Below are positions 1 to 9,097 of a stretch of 64,000 nt of DNA, piece by piece. Origin of the DNA: Candidatus Dojkabacteria bacterium (GTDB lineage: Bacteria > Patescibacteriota > Dojkabacteria > GCA-002793355); contig CP129477.1 in the NCBI GenBank assembly GCA_030583825.1, positions 843,627 through 907,626 on the forward strand. Direction: 5' to 3'. Position 1 is the stretch's first letter. Each line of letters starts with the position of its first letter. The notes beneath the pieces are model-generated. The model saw only the letters and a program-made list of their open reading frames with translations, searched no databases and was not told the origin of the DNA. Position numbers and translations under genes: made by a program.

Positions 1-275
1 CTCCTATCTTCTTGCGGTCATTGGTTGTGAGCGTAATAGAAAATGGAAGCCAAGTGTTGCTCAAAAAGATGTGAAATAGCCGAGTGAGCCAGAAAGTTGA
101 AATTCTAATTCGCCCTGCAACCTTGTGGTCAACGTAGTTAATGGTATAAGACTGCGGAAATAATGGAACTCCAAGTTGTGAAGTAACAGTCATTTCGGTT
201 TGTGCGGGAAATGGCAACGTTGGGTCAATTGTATGAGTGGTTGTCTTTGCATTGTGCCCGTTATGTGACTGGGGC

Positions 276-2108
276 TTACTTTGCTTCGGCTTCGCCGCAT
301 GTCTCTGCGATGAGTATTTTTGCTTCTTCTGTTTCATAGGTAATACCTCCGGGAGTATGCTCATTAAGTTGTGAAATAATCTGGCAGGCCCGTTCTTTTG
401 TGTTTCCTTGTATTGTATCAGTTATGAACATAATTTTAGGAACAGTACCATCTGTTCCTTCGACAACAAAATCAACATGAGGAGTGGTACAAGGCTCACC
501 ATCGCAAGTGGGGATATCAATTGTTATTTTCTTTATACTATCCAAAGGAATACTCATGTAACCGTTGATAAATCGGTCATTATGGATACCCCATAGGGTA
601 TCTCCGGAAATACTCAAAAACTGTGTAATAAATAGTACGAATAGTGCCGTTGCTGCAAGCCAAACACTGATACCGGCAAGTACTACTAATGCGAGATAAC
701 GAATCATTTGTGGCAATCCACTTCGCTGAGCAAGCGTAAATAATGATTTTATCGCAATTCCCGTGTACCACAGCATACCGGTAAGAAGTATGCTAATAAA
801 AAAGTATCCTAGTGCAAACGATGGAGTTAATACTTCGCTAATAACAGTGTTACTTTGCGAGACAAATATGCCGTATGCAAGTGGCATGGTATACGACGCG
901 AGGCCAATAATTCCGGCAACAATGACAACTAATTGTGCGAGCGGATCTTTTTTTACAGTCTTGTTTTTGAGCTTTTGTGCATGGAAGTAATACTTTAATT
1001 TGTTCTGCCAGGAAAGCTTCTGGTAATAATTTTGCAAAAGTACCTGTTGCGAGAACTCTGTGACCAAGTTATGGGCAAGAAACGCCTTTTCATACTCGCT
1101 TCGTAGTGATGCTCGAGGCTCGCTTGCGTTCAGTGTTACAAACGTTTCAAACCCTCGCGTATATGACCCTGTTTTCGAGAACTTTCGAATAGTTTTTACC
1201 TCTGGATACAGCAAGAATCGTGATTTTTCTTTTTTGAAAAGTTCCAACAGCTCAACAAGAATTTGCTCCGATGATGCCGGATCCGGCGAGTTTATTAGGT
1301 ACAATGCAAGGTCAGCGAGAAGTAATTGTGATATTTCGTGAGAGACTGGTAATTCCGAGAAGAATGGCGCAATATCAACAAGAATCGTGTGAAGCGGCAA
1401 TAGATCAATATACGAAGAAGAAAAGCTTTTATAATACAAAATGAGCTTAAAAGTGAGTAATGCTTTAAGGTGGGAGTCTTCCAAGCTAAGCAAAATATCC
1501 AATGCCGGGCGTATAATTTTTGCCACTCTTTCCTGAGTATTCTGATTAACTCGTTTTAGCTGTGCAATATACGCGGAATAGGCAAAGATACGAAATTGTT
1601 CTGGGAGCTCAGTGATTTTAGAGAGTACACTGTCTATATCGGTATCATTGGCAATCGAGTTGAGTAATGCGTTTTCCTGCGTAAATGAGGCCGTTCGTGA
1701 CTCTACAAGCACTGCAACTGCTTGCTCCAGATCTTCTGAATTTTCTACGGAGATATCGCGTTGCAAATAGAGGTCTTTTATTGTGAACTCGCCAATTTTT
1801 GCGTAGATACTTGTAAGTGTGTGATGGATAACTTCTTCTAAAGAAATGTATTGAGCGATTTTATATTCAAATTCAAGAGAAAATGCGTCAAGAAAGAGGT
1901 GGTTATCATGGACTTTTGCGTAAACATCGAGGAACCCTACAGCTTCCTGCCTTTTGGGTTCAAGTTGCCACATGATTGCAAATGCCCGGGTATTAGGGTT
2001 ATACACGACTTGCAGAGGGAGTGAAAAATACTCCGAGGGAACGGATACGCTACGCAAGGGGACTCTTTTCTTTGGAATAATGAAGTAAAACATATTCAAG
2101 TATAGCAT
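276..2108 (-). CDS. hypothetical membrane protein (610 aa) with a C-terminal cluster of transmembrane helices and a Cys-rich tail; it sits downstream of the Bat-like operon
   Basis: Long ORF. Hydrophobic segments at the C-terminal end (ALVVLAGISVWLAATALFVLFI; IIGLASYTMPLAYGIF). No recognisable catalytic motif. It has the same orientation as the upstream Bat-like genes and follows them after a ~190 nt gap. Confidence 0.4.
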   Translation of the reverse strand: MLYLNMFYFIIPKKRVPLRSVSVPSEYFSLPLQVVYNPNTRAFAIMWQLEPKRQEAVGFLDVYAKVHDNHLFLDAFSLEFEYKIAQYISLEEVIHHTLTSIYAKIGEFTIKDLYLQRDISVENSEDLEQAVAVLVESRTASFTQENALLNSIANDTDIDSVLSKITELPEQFRIFAYSAYIAQLKRVNQNTQERVAKIIRPALDILLSLEDSHLKALLTFKLILYYKSFSSSYIDLLPLHTILVDIAPFFSELPVSHEISQLLLADLALYLINSPDPASSEQILVELLELFKKEKSRFLLYPEVKTIRKFSKTGSYTRGFETFVTLNASEPRASLRSEYEKAFLAHNLVTEFSQQVLLQNYYQKLSWQNKLKYYFHAQKLKNKTVKKDPLAQLVVIVAGIIGLASYTMPLAYGIFVSQSNTVISEVLTPSFALGYFFISILLTGMLWYTGIAIKSLFTLAQRSGLPQMIRYLALVVLAGISVWLAATALFVLFITQFLSISGDTLWGIHNDRFINGYMSIPLDSIKKITIDIPTCDGEPCTTPHVDFVVEGTDGTVPKIMFITDTIQGNTKERACQIISQLNEHTPGGITYETEEAKILIAETCGEAEAK

Positions 2109-2301
2109 TAACTTCTCTCACCTTCTCAAAAAGAGTGCTCAGCTTTTGACGCGTAGCAAGTACGCTAAGCTTGCGCGCTTTTTGCTCATGTTCGCTCAGT
2201 TTTAAAGATAAATAGCTCTCCTACCTTGCAAAAATATGAAATTGTTCATACTTTTCACTACGGTTCCGCTCCGCACATTAAATATTTAAAAGGGGCGGCG
2301 C

Positions 2302-3999
2302 TCACCACTGAGGCCCGCCGGAGCCGCCTTGGCCGCGGGAATAGCCGTCATCATTACGGTATCGCCCAAAGCGATTATATCTATCGCGCGCGGTCTGCTC
2401 GCCTTCCTCTATACGTTCCTCTAAATCCTGCTGATTTTCCGACGACGAAGAACCGTTGTTTCCATTAGATTGCTCTTGCTTTTGCTGGAGAGCTTCAAGC
2501 TTTTTCTTTACAAACTCGCGGTTTTCATAGGCTTTTGTGTCATTTGGATCCTTTTGTAATGCAAGATCATACGCTGCAATCGCGCGAATCCATTGTTGTA
2601 CTGTTGTTGCGGGGTCAGTTTGCTCGTAGGTTTGCCCATCGCGGTAATATGCGTTGCCCAAGTTATATGAAGCTTTTTGGGATATGTCTGAATTATTATG
2701 TTCCGCAGCGCGGGAAAGTGATTGTATAGCTTCTTTGTACAAATTAGCCCTGTAAGAAGCAACTCCAGAATTATACAGCAAACGAGGATTTTGTCCATCT
2801 TTTTGGAGGTACGTATTATAGGTCTCCTTTGCTCCAATAAATTCGTTACGAGTGTACAATAAATTTCCTTGTTGGATCCCAACTAAACTTGATACGTAAA
2901 TGATTGGTAATAAGACTACTGAAGTAAGGGAGATTGGAGCAATCTGAAAAGCTTTGGGTGTATGCTTTAAAGACACCTTCTCGTACAGCTTAAAATGAAC
3001 AACAATCAATAAAATGAGTATTATAAATGCAAAAAAGGGATATATTTCCTGCCTCAAGATACCTCCCTGGGTAAACTGCTGCTCTCTCGAAACTACCGAT
3101 ATATCAGTATGAATATTACCCCCGGGGGTATTACTGTCGTAAAACTTTCCGTTTGTTTTGTCAGCAATTTCTTCAAGTAAATCCGGCATCATTTTTGAAA
3201 CAACATCTCTTCCCTGCTCACGAATATAAAATACTTCTCCAGAACGTGACGTAAAATACGGAATTTTATCTCCGGAAGTTGACCCCACTCCAACGGTAAA
3301 GATCGGAATATCTGAGCCTGACGCGCTTGCAATTGCATCCTGGAGCTCTGCGCCATTGAGTTCTTCCCCATCCCCCAGCAAAATAATTACTTTTTGCCGA
3401 TTACTGTCGTTATTTCGAGTAAGACGCGTGACTGCTTCGGCAATGCCGGTACTCATTGAAGAACCCGATGCGTAGGTATAGTCAACAAGTCTCAGCGTCT
3501 CTATTCCCGTATGAACAGTATCAAGATCATATGTAAGAGGAACTTCGGTTGTTGCAAATGTTGTGTACGATACCAGCGCAACTCGTTCACCACTACTCTG
3601 CTCTAGAAACTTTTTCATAATATCCTGTGCTGTTTCGATGCGTGACTTTCCAAGTGAATCCTGAACTCCCATACTAAGAGAGATATCAACAACAAATGCT
3701 ACATCCAGCGATGATTGGGCTACTCTACCCTGCTCTGTCCCAAATGATGGGCGCAAAAGCATAAGAATACAGACTGTAACGATAAGGCCTATTAAAATCA
3801 TTTTTCTTATGATACTTTTGTTGAAGGGGGTTCCTACATAATTCAAAAGATGATCATACTTCTGCTCCATTTTTATAACGATGGGTCGGATCTTTACAAG
3901 CCTATACACTGCATATATTCCTACAACTACAACAAGCAAAATAGCGATCCAAATGTACCAATTTCCACTATTTGCCCAGATCATACTTTCAGCCTCCAT
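2302..3999 (-). CDS. BatB-like von Willebrand factor A domain protein with TPR repeats and a Gly/Arg-rich C-terminal tail
   Basis: VWA MIDAS-type motif DVAFVVDISLSMGVQD. TPR-like repeats (YNLGNAYYRDGQTYEQ; AAYDLALQKDPNDTKAYENR). N-terminal TM helix. The 3' end is locally GC-rich because of the GQGGSGGPQW tail. Confidence 0.6.
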   Translation of the reverse strand: MEAESMIWANSGNWYIWIAILLVVVVGIYAVYRLVKIRPIVIKMEQKYDHLLNYVGTPFNKSIIRKMILIGLIVTVCILMLLRPSFGTEQGRVAQSSLDVAFVVDISLSMGVQDSLGKSRIETAQDIMKKFLEQSSGERVALVSYTTFATTEVPLTYDLDTVHTGIETLRLVDYTYASGSSMSTGIAEAVTRLTRNNDSNRQKVIILLGDGEELNGAELQDAIASASGSDIPIFTVGVGSTSGDKIPYFTSRSGEVFYIREQGRDVVSKMMPDLLEEIADKTNGKFYDSNTPGGNIHTDISVVSREQQFTQGGILRQEIYPFFAFIILILLIVVHFKLYEKVSLKHTPKAFQIAPISLTSVVLLPIIYVSSLVGIQQGNLLYTRNEFIGAKETYNTYLQKDGQNPRLLYNSGVASYRANLYKEAIQSLSRAAEHNNSDISQKASYNLGNAYYRDGQTYEQTDPATTVQQWIRAIAAYDLALQKDPNDTKAYENREFVKKKLEALQQKQEQSNGNNGSSSSENQQDLEERIEEGEQTARDRYNRFGRYRNDDGYSRGQGGSGGPQW

Positions 4000-4961
4000 G
4001 AAGTTAATCCCAGATATACGGCAATTCCTAGCGCTGCAATAAGCAAAAACAACGTTGGTGAGTCTCTGTACTGAATTGGAGAGATCCCTTGATACGCACC
4101 TCTCTCAAGTCGGTCAATTTCATCGAAGATTGTGGCCAATTCCTTCTTGTTTTCGACAGTGTATGCCTTGCCTCCCGTTTTTTGTGCAACATTTGCCAGT
4201 GAGTCTTTTGCTCGTGATGTAAAGAATGAGCCAATATAAATTGTATATACTTTTATACCGCTCTGTGCGGCAATATCTGCTGCTTCTGATGGATCAATGC
4301 CAATATTCGACTGCCCGTCTGTAATTAAAATTGCGACTTTTGAGCGCTGTGTGCCTTGCTGAAATTTCTTTGTTGTTAAGAATAATGCGTCTCCAACAGC
4401 AGTTCCGCCTCCAGCGCTTAGCCATAAGGACTTATCCGGTGTGAGTAAATCTACATGCTCTTGAACAATGGCGTAGTCTTGCGTTAGTGGCGATAGCGTA
4501 ACAGGAACACCGGTAAATACGACTAATCCGACTCTATCCTTGCTGAGCTTCTTCAGAAATTCTGTAATGACCTCTCGTGCGGCATCAATACGGCTTGGAG
4601 GAACATCTTCGATTGTCATCGAGCCAGAAATATCAACAGTAAGCATAATATCAAGTCCGACTCTATCGTCTTCTGCAGGAGAAGCAATCATGGGGCGTGC
4701 GACCAATGCAAGTAAGGCGGCGATTGTAATAAATAGTACTGCCTTTTCAGCTATATCTTTCCAATTTTGTGTCTTTTTCTCTGTCTTTGCTCCGGCTTCA
4801 CTTTTCTTTATTTTCTTGGCAGTGGGAACAAACAACGCTCGTACGGCGCCTTTCTTGTATCGAATAATAAAATATACTGCAACTGCCGTTATTACCGCGC
4901 ATAAAATACCCCAGAGGGTATATTTAAATATCATCTTGCACACTCTTAATTGAGTTCGCAA
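3981..4961 (-). CDS. BatA-like membrane-anchored von Willebrand factor A domain protein
   Basis: N-terminal TM helix, then LTVDISGSMTIEDVPPSRIDAAREV (VWA DxSxS MIDAS motif). Overlaps the neighbouring genes, which suggests an operon. Confidence 0.6.
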   Translation of the reverse strand: MRTQLRVCKMIFKYTLWGILCAVITAVAVYFIIRYKKGAVRALFVPTAKKIKKSEAGAKTEKKTQNWKDIAEKAVLFITIAALLALVARPMIASPAEDDRVGLDIMLTVDISGSMTIEDVPPSRIDAAREVITEFLKKLSKDRVGLVVFTGVPVTLSPLTQDYAIVQEHVDLLTPDKSLWLSAGGGTAVGDALFLTTKKFQQGTQRSKVAILITDGQSNIGIDPSEAADIAAQSGIKVYTIYIGSFFTSRAKDSLANVAQKTGGKAYTVENKKELATIFDEIDRLERGAYQGISPIQYRDSPTLFLLIAALGIAVYLGLTSWRLKV

Positions 4962-5409
4962 CTATCGCAGAAAACTCTGCTCGAGTTCGCTTTTGCCACG
5001 GATATACCATGGAGTATACAAAGGCAAAAAATTGTGTAAAAGTTGGTGGAATGACTTCGGTAAGCTCTTTCCAGGTTTTTCCTAAGAGCATTTGCTGCAT
5101 TTTGCATGATAAATACCACTTTAATGCGTGATGAAATCTACTGGCAAGGTGAACAAGCTCTTCTTCCGGTACAAGAGGGATGGTATTTTCAATACTTCTC
5201 AGCTCTGTAATTGTCATATCTTTATACTCTTTGGGGAACGGAGTTTTTGTTCCTGGCCCATCGTTTTTAATCGCAGAATGTGCTGCAAGTTTCTTTTGTA
5301 GCCATCTTACGAAATATGCCATAATTGCTGAAACTACCACAATTATGATAATTAACGGCCACCAGTTTGGCCCAACAATCGTTTGTATATCGTGAATGTC
5401 GGTCATCAT
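4924..5409 (-). CDS. DUF4381-like small membrane protein
   Basis: The N-terminus MMTDIHDIQTIVGPNWWPLIIIIVVVSAIMAYFVRWLQKK matches the DUF4381 pattern (DIH..P..WWPL, then a TM helix, then basic residues). This family is typically found with MoxR/DUF58/VWA Bat-type operons. Confidence 0.5.
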   Translation of the reverse strand: MMTDIHDIQTIVGPNWWPLIIIIVVVSAIMAYFVRWLQKKLAAHSAIKNDGPGTKTPFPKEYKDMTITELRSIENTIPLVPEEELVHLASRFHHALKWYLSCKMQQMLLGKTWKELTEVIPPTFTQFFAFVYSMVYPWQKRTRAEFSAIVANSIKSVQDDI

Positions 5410-6314
5410 CTTTTTTTAGTATGCGCAAATTTACTGTAATACGCAATTACTTGTTGCAGCAAATCTTTTGTCACAGAAATCGGCATATACGGGACATGTG
5501 ACTTTTCGAATAACTCTATTGCCTGTTTTACAATGTCAGTGCTGGATTTTTCCTTTTCTTCGGGGAGGAGCATTTCTCCTGTCTCGATATCTTGGAATAC
5601 AAAAGGCATGAATTCTGCATCTGACACTGGATCAGGTGCCACTAGATGGACAATTGTTACGTCATGCTTTTTGTTTAGCGTTTTGAATGTATCAATACTC
5701 TCTTTTGTAATGTCCAATGCATCGGTGATTAAAAAGCAATATGTTTTTTTCTTTACTCCCTGCAATAAGATCTTCTTTAAAAGCTCGTGACTGGTTTGCT
5801 GAAAGTAGTTATGCTCAAATGCCTTTGCGACGGTGTTTACGATTTGTCGTGCATGTTGCTTTCCTTTTGCAAAAGGAACTACTTCTTGGACAGCGCTGTT
5901 ATAAAATACTGCTCCAAACGAATCATTATGTTGCATTGCCGCGTACGTCATAAGTGTGACAAAATCGGTAATAACATTAATTTTTTGATCATTATTTCGC
6001 GACGAAATACCCACTGACGATGATGTATCAATGACAAATAGCAACGTAATTTCTTTTTGCTCTCGAAACTGCCGAATATACACTTTCTGAGTTCGTGCCG
6101 TTGCGTTCCAGTCAATGTCTCGCACATTATCACCTGCGACATATTCGCGAAGGTCTTGTAACTCGACGCCGTGTCCTCTGTATAAAGAAGAATATGCTCC
6201 CATAAGCAACGAAACTATTTGTTTTCGGGGAGAGATTTTCAAACGTTTTAGGCTTTTTAGATATTCCGCCATATTAGGATTATGGTACTGGGATTTTTTC
6301 AAAAATCTTGTCAA
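5406..6314 (-). CDS. DUF58 family protein (VWA-like, MoxR-associated)
   Basis: The VYIRQFREQKEITLLFVIDTSSSVG motif is typical of DUF58. It lies immediately downstream of the MoxR ATPase and overlaps it. Confidence 0.55.
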   Translation of the reverse strand: MTRFLKKSQYHNPNMAEYLKSLKRLKISPRKQIVSLLMGAYSSLYRGHGVELQDLREYVAGDNVRDIDWNATARTQKVYIRQFREQKEITLLFVIDTSSSVGISSRNNDQKINVITDFVTLMTYAAMQHNDSFGAVFYNSAVQEVVPFAKGKQHARQIVNTVAKAFEHNYFQQTSHELLKKILLQGVKKKTYCFLITDALDITKESIDTFKTLNKKHDVTIVHLVAPDPVSDAEFMPFVFQDIETGEMLLPEEKEKSSTDIVKQAIELFEKSHVPYMPISVTKDLLQQVIAYYSKFAHTKKR

Positions 6315-7266
6315 TTGCCCACTCTGTTGTCACTCCTTCTGCCTCAGCTTCGTAACTTAAAATCAGACGATGGCGTAATACATCGTGGCGAACTTCGCGG
6401 ATATCTTCAGGGATAACATAGTTTCGCCCTGCCAATAATGCGGCAATTTTCGAGACTTTCATGAATGCAAGTGTCCCACGAGGAGAACTTCCGAACTGCA
6501 CTGTTTGAGTCAGCTCATTTAGTCCGTAATTTCCAGGTGTTCGTGTAGCTTGAACGATCGCAGCAATATATTCTTTCAGTTTTGGATCAATATAAACCTG
6601 TTCAGTGATGTTCTGAATTTTCTCGATATCTTTTGTGTGAGCGACAACTTTCGCAGTAATTTCTTCAGGTTCATCTTCCAGCAGGTCAATGATCTTGAGC
6701 TCTTCTTGCAATGTTGGATACGTAATAACAGTCTTAATTAAAAAGCGGTCAATTTGGGCTTCTGGCAGTGGATACGTTCCTTCCTGCTCGATGGGATTTT
6801 GTGTTGCAAGTACAAAAAACGGCTTTGGCAACTCGTATGTCGTATCTCCGATAGTTACTTGCTTTTCCTGCATCGCTTCAAGCAGCGCAGACTGAACTTT
6901 TGCCGGCGCACGGTTGATTTCATCAGCAAGAACAAAGTTAGCAAATACTGGGCCTTTCTTAACAATGTAAGAGCTTTCCTTTGGATTGAATACGAGGTTT
7001 CCGGTAATGTCAGACGGTAGTAAATCCGGCGTAAACTGAATACGCTTGAAAGTACTGTCAATGCTGCTCGCAAGCATTTTTATTGAGCGAGTCTTTGCAA
7101 GGCCTGGAACTCCTTCCAATAAAATGTGGCCTTTTGCACACAATGCGAATACAAGTCGGGAAATAAGCATTTCTTGGCCAATAATGTGGCGCGATAACTC
7201 AGTAGTTATTTTGTTTAAGACTTCCGATGCTTCAACAAGTTGTTCGTTTGTTGGGGGCTGTTTCAT
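6280..7266 (-). CDS. moxR: MoxR-family AAA+ ATPase
   Basis: HILLEGVPGLAKTRSIKMLASSIDSTFKRIQFTPDLLPSDITG and VLADEINRAPAKVQSALLEAMQE are canonical MoxR/AAA_3 motifs. Size ~328 aa. Confidence 0.75.
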   Translation of the reverse strand: MKQPPTNEQLVEASEVLNKITTELSRHIIGQEMLISRLVFALCAKGHILLEGVPGLAKTRSIKMLASSIDSTFKRIQFTPDLLPSDITGNLVFNPKESSYIVKKGPVFANFVLADEINRAPAKVQSALLEAMQEKQVTIGDTTYELPKPFFVLATQNPIEQEGTYPLPEAQIDRFLIKTVITYPTLQEELKIIDLLEDEPEEITAKVVAHTKDIEKIQNITEQVYIDPKLKEYIAAIVQATRTPGNYGLNELTQTVQFGSSPRGTLAFMKVSKIAALLAGRNYVIPEDIREVRHDVLRHRLILSYEAEAEGVTTEWAIDKIFEKIPVP

Positions 7267-7280
7267 GGCGTTCTTAATAT

Positions 7281-7880
7281 TTAAGTATTCGATGTAAATT
7301 TCTTTTTATACTCTTCTGTGCAAGCACTAAGAACTTTATGTGCTTCTTCAATTCCGCCCCATCCTTCGATTACAATCTTTTTGTCGGTTTTGCCTTTATA
7401 TTTAAATTGCAAATCTTTGTAGTGCTCAAAAAAGTACTGAATTTCGTCTCTTCGCAGTCTTGGAATGTCATCAACAGTTTGAATGTGGTCAAATCGCGCA
7501 TCGTCTGCTGGTACAACAACAATCTTGCTATCTTTTTCTCCGCTGTCGTTCATGTACATAATACCGATAATTCGGCCTGCAATAAGACATCCTGGGAAAG
7601 TTGGGTATGTCATAAGCGCGATAACATCAAGCATATCTTCGTCTTCGTCCCATGTTTGAGGGATTAGTCCATACTCTACCGGATACGGAAGCATTTCGTA
7701 CAAAACGCGGTCAAGCTTGATAATACCTGCTTCTGTAACGTATTCGTATTTGTTAAACGATCCCTGTGGAATTTCTACAAGCATGTTTACATTGCCATCT
7801 TTGTCGAGAGGGTTAAGAATGTGCTGAGCATTTGGAGTGAACTTCATAAAGTCCTGGCCAAGAGATTTAATATTTGCCAT
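7281..7880 (-). CDS. ppa: inorganic pyrophosphatase (family I)
   Basis: YEYVTEAGIIKLDRVLY and DEDEDMLDVIALM resemble the acidic metal-binding cluster of soluble PPases. Size ~199 aa. Confidence 0.65.
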   Translation of the reverse strand: MANIKSLGQDFMKFTPNAQHILNPLDKDGNVNMLVEIPQGSFNKYEYVTEAGIIKLDRVLYEMLPYPVEYGLIPQTWDEDEDMLDVIALMTYPTFPGCLIAGRIIGIMYMNDSGEKDSKIVVVPADDARFDHIQTVDDIPRLRRDEIQYFFEHYKDLQFKYKGKTDKKIVIEGWGGIEEAHKVLSACTEEYKKKFTSNT

Positions 7881-7984
7881 GAATAACTAATCAATTTTAA
7901 GTATCTCTCTAATAATACTGAATTTTACGCCAAAAGTGAATATTGGGCATTATATGTTATTAAGTGGAATTTATCCTATAGTTA

Positions 7985-7993
7985 TGCTATAAT
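7985..7993 (+). promoter_or_regulatory. extended -10 element (TGcTATAAT) upstream of the 8035 small ORF
   Basis: The sequence tgctataat lies ~40 nt upstream of an AAGGAG-type RBS and the ATG at 8035. Confidence 0.4.
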
Positions 7994-8034
7994 AATGCAT
8001 TGTTCTGTGCTTTAGCACTTTAAGGAGAATTGAA

Positions 8035-8286
8035 ATGTCTGACAAAAAGATCGTGCAAACTCTGAGCAAACTCGAAAAGCTGCCTCGCTCTGTTGCGGAG
8101 GACTTACTACTCGAATATGTGACTGAGGTAGACGATATACATTCAAGAAAGAACATGCTGTTAACACAGCGACTAAGCTCGCTAGAGCATAGTACAGGTC
8201 TTCTTTCTTACGTATTAAGTTGTCTAATGATCTACTCTCTTGGGTTGACCGCTGTTGTGGTGGTAACTCTCATCTCAATACTCTAA
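8035..8286 (+). CDS. small hypothetical protein (83 aa) with a C-terminal transmembrane anchor
   Basis: Good RBS (aaggagaattgaaATG). The C-terminus LLSYVLSCLMIYSLGLTAVVVVTLISIL is hydrophobic. Confidence 0.3.
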   Translation: MSDKKIVQTLSKLEKLPRSVAEDLLLEYVTEVDDIHSRKNMLLTQRLSSLEHSTGLLSYVLSCLMIYSLGLTAVVVVTLISIL

Positions 8287-8484
8287 ACTTTCATCGCGCG
8301 GACAAAGGACACTCTTTTTTTAGCCTCACCTTTGTCACGCAACAAGCCTTTTCAACCAATAAAACAAGTTCCCTATCATAACTGTTACATATTTTTGTCC
8401 TCACTGTAAAAGTAGATAAAGATCTATAGTCGTGAGATAATTCGTTTAGTATTCTGTGCTTAATGCACTTGAAAAAGGACGGTT

Positions 8485-8736
8485 ATGCCTGTTGACATGC
8501 GCGAAGCGCGCCTCGTTGCCGAGTTTGAGCTTGCAGCTCAGAAATTAAATACCGCGAAAAACCTTGACCCTAACGGGTGGATGTTTCGTGAGTACATTAC
8601 GGCAAAGGAACGTCTGGATGATTATCGTTGGCTGAAAAAAATGCACCGGCAGATTTGGGTTCTCTCAGTCTACTGTGTTGCGATTTCTTTCGTTGTTGCC
8701 ATTCTGACTATCATTCTTCTGCATAAGTTGGGCTAA
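8485..8736 (+). CDS. small hypothetical protein (83 aa) with a C-terminal transmembrane anchor
   Basis: RBS aaaaggacggttATG. The C-terminus IWVLSVYCVAISFVVAILTIILL is hydrophobic. Same size and architecture as the 8035 ORF. Confidence 0.3.
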   Translation: MPVDMREARLVAEFELAAQKLNTAKNLDPNGWMFREYITAKERLDDYRWLKKMHRQIWVLSVYCVAISFVVAILTIILLHKLG

Positions 8737-9097
8737 ACAAACAAAAACCCCGTCCACGAGCTGACAAAGGCCAAAAACCCAATATTATATTTTCGCCTTT
8801 TGCGAACTTTATAAAACTTTTTTGGAGCTCCACTTTGTCTGCCTCACCGCCTTTTTTCGATAACACAAAATTGCTGCAAAATTTCCAAGAATCACTATTG
8901 AGTGGTATAATTCACTATGACTTTTATTCAAGTCACACATTGTTTTCATTTCCATCCCCGCTCGTAGGGGAACTTTTTCACGACTACATATTTTTCGCGT
9001 ATACTTGTGTAATTCGTTGCGCGTAAAATTCGTAAATATTTAAATAGTGAGCAAATGCTCATTGCCAAGGCTAAAAATTAATTTAAAAAATATAAAA

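Noticed and set aside
408-1341. Several 60-93-aa ORFs on the plus strand inside the 276-2108 gene, and similar nested or antisense ORFs throughout the window (for example 2508-2882, 4540-4953, 16239-16619, 23236-23631, 39515-39970).
   Set aside because: They are embedded in or antisense to longer ORFs that have clear protein-family signals, and they lack RBS or homology. Treated as frame shadows.
2290-2420. Locally GC-rich segment that looks compositionally foreign.
   Set aside because: It encodes the Gly/Arg-rich C-terminal tail (GQGGSGGPQW, RYRNDDGYSRG) of the VWA/TPR protein. It is codon-driven, not an insertion.
9047-9097. The longer hisS start from the ORF track (MSKCSLPRLKINLKNIK...).
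   Set aside because: The conserved HisRS N-terminus begins at the Met at 9098. The upstream extension has no counterpart in HisRS.
8740-9097. Possible T-box leader upstream of hisS.
   Set aside because: I could not find the conserved T-box motif (AGGGUGGNACCGCG-like) or specifier and antiterminator architecture by eye. There are only short hairpins and a palindrome.
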